NCBI RefSeq assembly: GCF_001194135.2
Contig: NC_068998.1
Coordinates: 315,471-372,627, forward strand
Reading direction: 5' to 3'
DNA: 57,157 nucleotides
Source: Octopus bimaculoides
Taxonomy: Eukaryota
Shown: in pieces, positions 40,802 to 53,142 of the stretch
Numbering within the stretch: the first letter of the stretch is position 1
Layout: each line of letters begins with the position of its first letter
Program-made: the position numbers and the translations under genes
Notes under the pieces: model-generated
The model's input: the letters and a program-made list of their open reading frames with translations, nothing else
What the model was told of the DNA's origin: nothing
Database searches by the model: none

Positions 40802-40898
40802 GTAACTATGGAAACACATTAGATAGCTTCTACCATACATTCGTAACTATGGAAACACTTTAGATAGCTTCTACCATACATTTGTAACTGTGGAAACA
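40802..40898. repeat. 41-bp tandem repeat, about 2.4 copies
   Basis: gtaactatggaaacac(a/t)ttagatagcttctaccatacatt(c/t) twice, then gtaactgtggaaaca. Confidence 0.92.
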
Positions 40899-41904
40899 AA
40901 CTAAATAACCAGACAAGTCTGAAGATAATTTGGTCAGCTGTAGACTTTATGTTTCTATATTGTTTTTTGTTTCACTGTATTTGAAACATTTTCAATTAAG
41001 AACAGAAACCATTTTTTTTTTTTTTTAATTAAAACATTGCAAAGAAGTTTTATATCTCAAAATGTGTCCTCCCTGAAGGATAGCCTCTGTCTTCAGAAAC
41101 ATATTCTATTCTTGTTTGTCTGAAGAATGGGATTCCAGAAGCCAGTTCGCTGTTCAGCTTAACGATTTGTATCTTATTTCTCATTGAGAGAATGATTCTG
41201 ACTAAATTGAAGTTTACTCTCCGTGTTAATAGCTATGTCGGAACTGTATTTCAAGATGGTTTGGGTTGTCACGTTAGTGGGAACCAAACAGAATACAACC
41301 GGCATGGAATTAAGAATGGATCCATATATCTTAGGTTGAAATATTGACAATTCCACTGAATACCAGGAATATTTTGATGAAAATGGTGAAGTAGGTGATA
41401 GTTGATTCTAATTTTCTTTGTCTTATCCCCAACTTTACTTGTACAGGTGAATTAGGTGTATTTCACAGTCACCACTGAGGTCACCTGGTTTACTTTGGTA
41501 TATAATTATGGTTTTCAAGTAATACACTTCACCTGTGTGACCTAGTTTACTTTGACCTCTGCTACAACAAATTGCTTTTTGTCCTCTCACACACAGTTGA
41601 AACAATTTCTGACAAGATCCAAAGAAATCACCTTTTGAAATGGTGCATGTAATTAACACTTTGCTTAACGAGACACTGAATGAACTTCAGTTTAGTTGTC
41701 ACTAGAATTGGTAGAATTACTAATCAAATCTCACTCTTCTTGTCTCCACAACAAAATTTTGCTTTATCAAACAAAGCATCAATGCTTGACATAAGGTAGA
41801 TAGATGCACACACATGCATGTGCGCGTGCATGTGTGTTAAAAGGATCAAAGGGTTTTCTTGTGTCTTAGGCTCATGTCAGTTTCCTGGATTCTGTGCCAT
41901 ATAT

Positions 41905-42085
41905 ATTTCCCCTCCCCACCTGGATGGGGCATGGGTCTGTCACAGCATGACTCATTTCTGCTAGCTGAGTGGAAATGGTGCAAAATGTGAAACAAAATGT
42001 TTTGCTCAAGAACACAACACAATGCCTGGCCCAGAAATCGACATCACAATCTTATGGTCACGAGTGCAGCACCTTAACCACTAAA
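41905..42085 (-). mobile_element. CORE-like tRNA-head SINE
   Basis: gctgagtgga...gttttgctcaagaacacaac...caccttaaccactaa; homologous to 26055-26212. Confidence 0.65.
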
Positions 42086-42175
42086 CATTTGTCCAAGATT
42101 CCATGCAGTAGGATTGAACCTGGGACCTTGTGGTTGGAAAGTGAACCTTTTAATCATTTGGTCATTCTGTACCTA

Positions 42176-42222
<47 letters not shown>

Positions 42223-42735
42223 ATGTTCATGTGTGCATGTATGTGTCTGTGCAAATGTTCACATTCTCTGATCACATGGTCCATGTTTGCTCTTCTCTTC
42301 TGTCATTTGGTCGTCCAGTTGGTCTGCACTTTCAATGATGTGTGGAATGAAAATCTTCCTTACTTCAAAAAAAATCCTTTAAGGGTTAGTGACAGGAAAT
42401 GCATGCAGCAGTAAAACAATGCTTTAATGATATTTCTTTGTCTAACTCATGCTCATTTGAAAGAAAAAAAAAACAAGTGATTAATGATCTCTAAAACTGC
42501 TAAACAGACAAAATTATAGGAAAATCATCTCATGACTTAGATTGGTCCTGGTATATTACTGGTATTTGTGCATATCTTAAAAGTCAAAGTGAACCCCTAG
42601 CAGGAATATAACATTGTAAACAAATATAATCCCCTACCCCTTCTAAACATTTAGTTTATTACCTTGCTGATGTTTTCGATTAAAAATTGAAAATCGATAA
42701 ATTTTATTGATGACAGCATTGAATAATATTTGTGA

Positions 42736-42852
<117 letters not shown>

Positions 42853-44112
42853 TGAGTTCTGTGTTTCCTTTTCTATTGATTCCTCTGAATATTTGTGTTT
42901 AATTTTTTTTAACAAGGTGTGGAGTGTAGGGTGGGGGGTCAGTGTTAGATTGTTTGATGACTGCAGATTTAATGACTGTAGATTAATGAGTTTTACCATT
43001 TACTTGTTTTCTATTTTCAAATGAATGTTTTCTGTGGATGTTTTGACACTAATAATAATATCTCAAAATTTAAATTATTTCCACATCTTTGTTTATTACT
43101 TTATCATGACAGAACATCATTAATAATGATCTGCAGAATATTGGTCTAAATATTCCATTTTCTGTTGGTTTAGAGCCAAGTTCAAATATTGCTGCAGTTA
43201 CTTTTACATTCCATCATTCTGGGATTGTTTTTGTTTAACCCTAGGTAGACCCTGTGGGAACAAATTTATGATCAAAGACATTCCAGCTATGACCATACTT
43301 TTCTTTTTCAAGTGAAGAGTACCTAAGCTCACATCATCCAATGTGTTCTTTCATTTTTGAAGATAGCAGGGTATGCTTTGAGGGGCGTTCAGCTACTATT
43401 TCTAACAAGCCAACTGACTGCATAGATGCACTTCCATTGGCTCATTTTAAGGTTGATCACACAAATACCAGTAATATTCTGTATAAGAGGAACATTAGCC
43501 ACATCAGCTCATTGATCTTGAAGGACTCCTAAAGGGCCCTGAACACAGCCCCAACATTAAAACCAATCTAAGAAGGTAAAGGAACTGACTTCACTCCTTT
43601 CTTACAAATTTGGTGGAAAGGAGAATTCATTCTTTGTTTCACCCTTTTGTGTCTGTAGGTGTATTTAATAAGGTTTGAGAAGGGGTCTTTACATAGCATT
43701 ACCATTCCCATGAGTTTAATAGGGATCATGCTGTGTATTCACCTCTATCATACACCGTTCAATATTAAAAGCAGATCAAGGTGATTGAGTCTCCTGTCGA
43801 GAACTGTTTCCCTCTCGGTTCCTTCTTACTTAGAGGAGGATGTGAACTTACTTAGAGGAGGATGTGAACATTGTTAATCATACTCACTTGTTTGACATAT
43901 TCCTTCTGTCATTTATGGAGTGTCTGAGTTGTGGTGCCTAATTACAGCTAAATGTACTGAGCCACTGACTGCATTATGGGTCCTGTGCGGCATAAGAAAC
44001 TAGATAGGGGCCATAGACAGACCACCTTTCAATTCTCTCATCTTCCCTTCACTGTTTTATCTCAAAATTATAACAATGAACCTGCTATTTATTTAAATTA
44101 CATTTTTTATAG

Positions 44113-44190
44113 CATGGAGGGGTCAGATCTGTGCTTTGAAATTGTGAAGAAAGCTACTGCAGGTTTCGTTTACAGTGAAGCTGTTGCTAG
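44113..44190 (+). CDS. CASK: CASK coding exon (human exon 4 equivalent)
   Basis: ttttatag|C...AG|gtaact; 78 nt. Translates [25 protein letters not shown](S). Confidence 0.97.
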
Positions 44191-44242
44191 GTAACTAGTT
44201 TTTGTTGCTATTTTTGTCACAAATCCCATGCAAACACACACA

Positions 44243-44244
<2 letters not shown>

Positions 44245-44276
<32 letters not shown>
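44245..44276 (+). repeat. (CA)16 near the 5' end of CASK intron 4
   Basis: Starts 54 nt after the donor at 44191. Confidence 0.95.
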
Positions 44277-44278
<2 letters not shown>

Positions 44279-44681
44279 TAAACAAACAATGAATCCTCTG
44301 CTTTTAGCGAATAAACTCTATTACAACATCTTGTTGAGTATTCTTTCATCCATTTGTACATCTGGTTGGGTGTGTGTATGTATGGATGTCTGTATGTCTT
44401 CTGCATATAATATATATATATATATACTTGCTTGTACGAATGCAAAACGAGTTACATTCACTTTCTCTCTCTCTCTCTCTCTCTCTGTTATGTGTGTGTG
44501 TGTTTGTTGCATTAAGGTTATTATTTAAAAGGAAGACAAACAACAAAATATTTACTGATGAGGAGACTCAATACCGAAAGTTGAGTCAGATTTATTATAA
44601 AATTTGTTTGACTGAGAACTAAAGTTTTGCCTGGCAGCACTGTCGGCCAGGGAATACAGTCCCACTCAACATACATTTATA

Positions 44682-44682
<1 letters not shown>

Positions 44683-44732
<50 letters not shown>
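44683..44732 (+). repeat. (TG)25 near the 3' end of CASK intron 4
   Basis: Ends 57 nt before the exon start at 44790. Confidence 0.95.
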
Positions 44733-44734
<2 letters not shown>

Positions 44735-44789
44735 TGTGCATTTATTTGATATGCGTATACACAGTTATTATTCCATTCTCTAATTTCAG

Positions 44790-44965
44790 TCATTATATGC
44801 GCCAAATGTTGGAAGCTTTAAGGTATTGTCACACCAATGACATCATCCATCGAGATCTCAAACCACATTGTATTTTGTTATCGACTCGAGAGAATTCGGC
44901 CCCTATCAAAATTGGAGGATTTGGTGTAGCAATTCAAATGGATGAGACTGGCAAGGTTTCTGCAG
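44790..44965 (+). CDS. CASK: CASK coding exon (human exons 5+6 equivalent), catalytic loop and GFG motif
   Basis: aatttcag|T...G|gtaaga; 176 nt. Translates [58 protein letters not shown](G). Confidence 0.97.
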
Positions 44966-45579
44966 GTAAGAACCTGTTAAAATACTGTATTTCTACCTGT
45001 ATAAAATATGTTGTTACGATATAATACAATATTGTTACTATATAAAACAATGTCATTACCATATAAAACATGTCGTTACTGTATAAATTATGTTACATAA
45101 TTAAAGGGGAAATTCTTATGAAACGCTGGTTTGGTCTTGTGTAACACTGTCTGGGGAAAAATATAAAATGATGACTGTAAACTGTGGATTACAATAAATT
45201 GTTGGATTGAAAATTTAATGAAATACAAGGAATTTGGTAGAAATGGAAGGAGTGGAACACAATTTCTGAATTTATTGTTATTGGGGAACAAGAATAGATT
45301 GCAAATTCAGAACAACCAGACAAAAAACAGTAAAGTCTCAAACTTGATATAACAGAGATTTCTCTCAGAGATACGCAACCACAATATTGGTAGAGCATAG
45401 GAGAGTGGGAAGGTGGGGTTGTATCAATACTAGACTGGGACTTTATTGATGCTGGAGGGGTGTTAATTGTGGGATTTGAACTCCCAGCTTTTAGGAACGA
45501 GACTTAATATTTCTTTAAGCATTATCTACAGCCAATTGTAATATTCTATTAGTAATCAATAAATATAAAAGCAGTCATG

Positions 45580-45671
45580 TACTGGGGGTAGATACTGGGG
45601 GTAGATACTGGGGGTAGATACTGGGGGTAGATACTGGGGGTAGATACTGGGGGTAGATACTGGGGGGTAGA
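45580..45671 (+). repeat. 13-bp G-rich tandem repeat x7 (TACTGGGGGTAGA)
   Basis: Six identical units plus a seventh with G6. Confidence 0.97.
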
Positions 45672-47927
45672 TATGTCCCAGTTACTAAGTTATCAATAAT
45701 GAAGTTAAAGCATTAACAATTTGTCTTCCCACCAGTATTGAGTTCTTCTCCAAGACACTCACCTTTTGAATGACCTAACTTTAAATAGGTACCATGGGTA
45801 GGTACAGCTAACATTTTGTATCATCAATGCTCTCTGTGATGATGATGATGATACAACATGCTAATGTCACCCTTTGTCAACTGTCACAGGGCAATGAAGT
45901 GCTGGTCAAGCCATATTAGACGTTTCACAACTCTATGTGACCATGACTGACTTACTGTTTCCTTCGTTTAAAAACCATTTTCTAAAAATTCTATGGTAAT
46001 GGGGGGTGATGTGAGAAGGATTTGTACAGAACGAACATGTTGGAAGTACTTTATGACTAACTTGACAGGTGGACAATGCCTACGTAAGTCAGAACACACA
46101 AGTGGACATCCACTGTGTGTGTGTGTGTGTATGTATGTGCGTACATATATTTATGTACGCACTCGCATATATGCATACTGGTGCTTGCTGTGACATGAAT
46201 AAATTTTTTAAAAGTTAACTATTTCACATATAAGTTTTCTGGAGTCCTCCTCCTCCTCCTCCTCCTCCTACTACTGCTGCTGCTGCTGCCATTATATTCC
46301 ATAGACTTCTTATATCATCCCAACCTAACTGTCGTGTTCATACTTGTCAATCATTTATGAAGAGGTACAACCCAAAAATACGAAGCAGAAGAGGAGGAGA
46401 AAGAATGAGATTCGGTTGACTTTCTTCACCTTTTTTTCTTTGTTTTGTGATTTCTGGCTGACTTGAAATAAAATTATTGATCATTTGTGCTTACATCAAA
46501 GATTTCTAAAACCTTTTCTCACATTCATATATACACGGGTAGGTGTCTATGTGTGTGTGTGTGTGTGTGCGAGCTTGTGTGTATGTGCATGTGTGTTTGT
46601 GTGTCTGTGTGTGAATATAGGTATGTGTTTGTGTGTGTTTCTGTAATCCTGTTCTGTGTTATTTGTCATCATTTCTTCACTTAAATACAGCAAATGTGTT
46701 TTATTTTTTATTTTAAAATTGTTTATTATTATTGTTGTTGTTGTTGTTTTGGATTCCTTACGTGATTAAAATGTCAGCATATTGCAGTGATTTTTGAATT
46801 AATCAATACCTGCTGCTTCAATATGGGAACTGTCATGTCTATAAATACATTCCTTCTTGTGTTCGTTTCACATACACACACACACACACACACACACTCT
46901 CAGAGGAAAGCTTGCATGCACACTGGTGCAGAATTGCATCCTTGAAACATGAACGTGTATTTATATATACACATATATATATACACATGCGTTCATGTTT
47001 ACATGCACATCACACATTCACCTTGTCACACACATATGGACATAGCACAGATATGCATACATGCCATCACATGCATGCACCCTTGACTCACATACACCCA
47101 CACATGCACACCATCATATTTAATGTCTGTTTTCCCTGAAAAGGATGAGTTCAGTGGCTCATCATGGGTTGTCATCAATTCTTAGATGGATTTATTTACT
47201 CCTAAACACTGATTCTCAACCATTTCCTTTGCTTTCCGTGGCTGCCTTCCCTTCCTGTCTCCAACCATTTTACAAACTGTATTGGCTGCTTTTTTTAACG
47301 ACTCCAACACCAAAGGAGGTTTCAATAATCTTCAGAGAAACAGAATTAAAGGGAACTTCACAACTTTATTCTTCCTCTGCTCATTTCTCTGTTCTGGGGA
47401 CTGGGTATATTTTTAAGGCACCAATAATGGAGAGGATGGGGTCTTGTGCACCATTCACCTGTTAAGAAAATGCAGTGGTTTCCATTGTAGCATTATCATA
47501 GAAGATGGCATGCCTTGTACATACACATATCTATCTATTTATCTATCTATCACTATCTATCTATCTCTATCTATCCATCCCCCCCCCCACACACAGATAT
47601 ATCTAAAATGCTAATTTTCTGATAATAAAAACTATCATTGATCAATTCCGTCGACCAAACATTCAACCAAGCAGTTCTTTGATCAAACTCTTGTAATTCT
47701 CTGTTCGAACTACAATGAAAGGAAGGTGAATCTTTTGTGTGGCGTGAGATGACAAATACAGGTTTATTTACTGCACTTTCATTACTGAAGAAATAAAAAA
47801 AGAAACAAAAAAATTAGTTTCTCAGTATTGATTTCTAAGCTGATTGATTATAGATGATCACTAGCTTTATTGATTTTCCCAGCAATTCTTCTTATCTTAT
47901 CTCACTTCTATGATCTGACTTATAATC

Positions 47928-48985
47928 CATCATCATTATCATCATCATCATTTAACGTCTGCTTTTTATGCTGGCATGGGTTAGACAGTTTGACAGGAGC
48001 TGTCCAGACTCCAACTGTCTGTTTCGGTATGGTTTCTATGGTTGGATGCTCTTCCTAATGCCAACCACTTATCAGAGTGTGCCTTGTGCTTATTATGTGC
48101 TACTGGCACCGTTGCATTTGCCACAGTACTGGCATGAGTGCCTTTTACATGGTGCCAGTACCTGCAAGACAAAGACCTCTCGTCTGGAATAGGGAGCACG
48201 ACCATAAAAGACATGCCTAGGTCGATGGAAGACAGTTTGATGTCTTATCAAGTCCAGCTCCCTTGTCAACTCCTCAGTGAGACCCGGTGTCTGAAGATCC
48301 TTTCTCACCACTCCATCCTCCATCCCACATATTCCTGGGGGATACCCCTTCCACAGGTTTCTTTCTCAATTAGAGCCCTGCTCCCTTCATCCATACACAT
48401 CTTATGACCCAACCAGCGCAGTCTTCTCTCTTGCACACAACATCTGATGCTTCTTATAACCACTTTTCCTCTTAACTAATTTATGCATTGTTGTGTGTGC
48501 ACACTGACATTGCCCATCCATTGGAGCATGCTGCTTTCGTTTCTTTCAAGCTTTCACAAGTCCTCTGCAGTCAGAGCCCATGTCCCCTTGCCATGTCCCC
48601 TTGCCATGTCCCCTTGCCATGCAGCACAGCTGTACATACACAGGCATCATACAATCTGCTTTTCACTCTGAGGGAGAGGCCCTTAGTTACCAACAAAGTA
48701 GTAGCTCTCTGAACTTTGCTCAGCCCCTTTGTATTCTAGCAACTATGCTTTCAGAACATCTTCCTGCATTGCTAACTTGGTCAGTTAGGTAGCAGAGACT
48801 ATCAACTACTTCTAATGATCCTCCTGAGCCCTTGAGCAAGTCTCTTCTCTGCATATTTTTAGTGCTTGTTCTACCCATATATTTGCCACACACACACACA
48901 CACAGACTATTTTTGTCTGTTAACCTTCCTATGATATCACTACTCTTCTGTGTCCAAAGCTTACACTGAGTACAACATCTACGTC
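47928..48985 (-). mobile_element. About 1.05-kb 5'-truncated RTE LINE, antisense in CASK intron 5
   Basis: (cat)n tail at 47928. The minus strand carries degenerate AKFREL, LTAEDL, RLRW and VVRKDLQT..LTEE motifs and is colinear with the copies at 7093-7358 and 8050-8170. Confidence 0.85.
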
Positions 48986-49748
48986 ATAGCAGAAGTGTCT
49001 TATTTCTTATTTCAACATCTTACATCATTGCAGAAATGTTTTATAATTCATCAACATTCAGGTAACTTTCACACTTCAATGTTTTTGAAGCTTGTTAAAA
49101 AGTTTTGCTTTTTTTTATACAATAAAAATATTGGAAACAGAAATGATTCTTTTATAAAAAAAAAATATTCAACTTTTTTTTATCAAGTATTGAACTTTTT
49201 TGTTAAATATTCATTTTTGATGAAGAAATTTTAAAGAAATGAATTACTATTAATTTATAACGAACGTGAAATTTATTTTAAGGTAGTAATAATATTATTT
49301 TAATGTAGTAATATATAAAACAATCATGTGATTAAACATAAATTTGTAGAAATATTCTGTCTGAGATCTTTTTCTGTTCTATTTTTAAAATGAAGAGATT
49401 TTCTTGAAAATAATCGACTGAAATCTTTAAAATTTTATTTTATGTTTTTATTTGTTATGTCATTGATCTGAAACAAGTGAGGCAGAGATGATTAGAAACC
49501 AGAACTGTTGGGGTGGGGGAGGAGAGAATAACTAAAAGAGAGGTGGTTACACACACACACACACACACACACGTGTGCAAACTCACATGCACCATAAGTG
49601 CTTGGGTGCATGATATATGCAGTACAGAGGGAGGGAGAGGAGAAAGTATCAGGATTGAGAGAATAGCAAAAAAGAAAGGGTTATATATGCAAAGACATAC
49701 ATACGTGTGTGTGTGTGTGTATGTGCATGTGTGCGCGTGTGTATGTGT

Positions 49749-49990
49749 ATATGTCTGGTTTATTATTTCCAAACTTCTTGTCCGTTTGAATAAGAAAGTT
49801 CCACAAAAGTCTTCCATTTCTTCCGCTCCGGTATTCTTTCAGCTCGGTGCTTGTATTATGTGGTTCCAACTTCAAATCCTCATTTCTGGCACAGTTTCCA
49901 GTGTAAGGCTTTTCCAACCTGGTCGTACCTCCATTGCTTATGTTCTTCCTGGGCCAACTTGGGACATTCTGTCACAATGTGTGCCACTGT
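49749..49990 (-). mobile_element. R4/Dong-type LINE remnant (CCHC end to PD motif)
   Basis: Minus strand reads TVAHIVTECPKLAQEEHKQWRYDQVGKALHWKLCQK, then after a frameshift LLWNFLIQTDKKFGNNKPDI. Confidence 0.85.
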
Positions 49991-50099
49991 TGATGTTTTA
50001 CTGAACAAGGGACCACAAAGTTTTTACTTTCAAAAACATTTCTACATTTTTCTTGTCATTTCAAGCAATGAAAGATCATTTTCTTTTTAATAAATTTAA

Positions 50100-50399
<300 letters not shown>

Positions 50400-50740
50400 T
50401 GAAGAGAAATGATAAATCCAGACCACAAAAATTAAACAGAGTCTTATGAAATTATACGTAGATATATGCTCACACACATGCATGCATGCAATGTATGCAT
50501 CTATGCACCCCCCCCCACACACCTGCACGCATACACGCACATACTCATGCGCACGTTTCAGAAATGAAAGTGGTTAGTGAAGTGAAAGGTCTCCAGCCAG
50601 AGAAACCAGCCCCCAAAATTGTATGCACATGTGACATGTAGTCTCCCGACCCATCCAGGAGAGGAACTTTGAATAAGAACTGACTTACTTGAGCCGTGAT
50701 AACCCATTCGTCTCATTCAAACTTGGAAAACAGAGGCAAA

Positions 50741-50786
<46 letters not shown>

Positions 50787-52297
50787 TATAGTGTCATTAG
50801 ACATGACAGAGTTCAATTTGAACCAAAAATCTACTCAGTATTTATCCTTCCACAACAATGCTACTCCACCAACCATCTTCATCATTCTTACCATTCTCTA
50901 CATATTGATGTCTGATGGAAGCAGCAGAGTAATGGATGGTAAGGGTAAAGTTGACTGAATCTACCCCACTTTCATAACTGGTATTTATTCTATTAAGCAT
51001 TGAATGATAAAACGGTAAATTTCCCTATTGTTTCAGTTGAAGCTGAATCTATTTAGAATGGATCCAAAGCAGGCCACCTGGTGCTTGTTTATCTCAGACA
51101 ATGTTATCAGTGAATATATTTGAGAATATTTAAAAGAGATCTGAGTGTAAATGGGAGTGAAATGTGATGGAGAGGAAAGTGACGGAAAACAGAAATATAT
51201 AAGGAAATAAATAAATGAAAAAAAAAACAACAACATTTGCACAATAAAATGTTCTCTCCCAAATTGGGACTTATTCCAAAACGTTACACTCACACACACA
51301 CACACACACACACAGCTAATGCAGGAACCAACTCAAAGAATCGGTAAATTAATACGATGAGTCCATCTGTTTGTTACCTTTTTATAAGCACATTTGGCAG
51401 TTTCTTTGAAAGATTTTCTCATTAATACAAAATGTCTAGTTTGATAAAAATGTTGGCAATGTTACAGATTCTTCATGTATGGCCTGTTCCTAGCTACATG
51501 TTGCATGTTCATCTTGTCTATCTCCTGCTGCTCATTCACAGAAAGGTAAAACCAAAAAAGAAAAAAAAAACAATAACAATATCAACTGATCAATGTAAAA
51601 GTATTTTAAAGAAAACCCTAAAAAAAACAATACGAGTGCTATAAATCTTACCGTGTTCTCTCTCTTTTTTTTTCTTTACTTTCTTATAATTGATTGACAA
51701 TAAATATCACTGGCAAAGAGAATAAAAAGAAAACAGTTTCTTTAGAATACTCTGGAAATAAAAAAAAAACAAACAAAACAAACCAATGTTCTGTGGGTGC
51801 TGGTTGATTATTGGTAAAATAGAATGCAGAGTGTCTCATGAAAGTAAGGCAAGTCATAAAGGATATGATCAAGATAAGTCTTAGATGTGATTAACAACCA
51901 GAGAAGATGGTTGTTACAGATCTGTCCAGATTATATCAGGGGGTTATGTATAAATCTTTATATATGCGTCTGTTGGCACACACACACACACACACACACA
52001 CATTTACATGCAGAGTTTATAGATAGATGTTTATATCTTTTGGTACAATTACATATATAAATAAATGTTTGATTGATAATTTTGAAAATTTAAGGTTTTC
52101 ATTCTGGAAGTGGAACAGTTAAGATATGCAAAATTTTTGGTGGCAGCGGTGGCAGTCGATGTGGTGGGAGCACCAGTTGTGTGAGAGAGTGTGTGTGTGT
52201 GTGTGTGTGTTTATGCACAAACACCTATATGCATAAACATATCCATACATATCATATATGGTAGTATATATATATATGTATGTATGTATGTATATGA

Positions 52298-52331
<34 letters not shown>

Positions 52332-53080
52332 GCATAAAGACATCCATACATTATATATGGTTGTATATAGATATGTATGTCTGTGTGCGTGTGTGTATGT
52401 ACATATGTATATATATGCATATGTATATATAATGTATGTATATGATATACAGCAGAGAAAATGATTGAGGCAGTTTTTTAGTTCTGATATTCATTTGTTC
52501 ATGTTATATCCCTTTTCTCATGTTAGCATGGATTAGACAAATACATTATTTAAGCCCTTGTTTTCAGCCTGATGCCCTTCTCACCACTAATCCTTTCCAG
52601 GTTTTCCAAGCAAGGGATCTCTTATTCCCCACTGCTCCATCTTCAAATCTGCATAATGGCACTGTTCTCACCTAACAACTTTCACAGGACACAAATACAA
52701 ACAAACCGATGGGCACCCCCTCCCACACGCCGCACACACATCCGTGGTTGTAGCTCTTTCCTTTTTGCATCCACCGCATTCATTGACAAGGCTTTGATGT
52801 TTCCATTTTGTGGGCCACAGGGCCACTGATCCGTCAATACTTTATATAACTTTGTGTGGTCCAGAAAATACCAGGATTTTGTGGATTTTTGCAATCATCA
52901 CTTGTATGGTGGCTGAAAAACTTTATTTAGAAGGCATGATGTAATATATCTATATTGGTATATAATACACACAGCCACACACAGATAATGTGTGGGTGTA
53001 GACACATGTACATATACATACATGCATATATGTATATCTGTAAATTATATATAAATATATATATACACATATGCATAAAC

Positions 53081-53142
<62 letters not shown>

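Noticed and set aside
43825-43868. 22-bp direct duplication cttacttagaggaggatgtgaa x2
   Set aside because: Simple local slippage with no recognisable motif.
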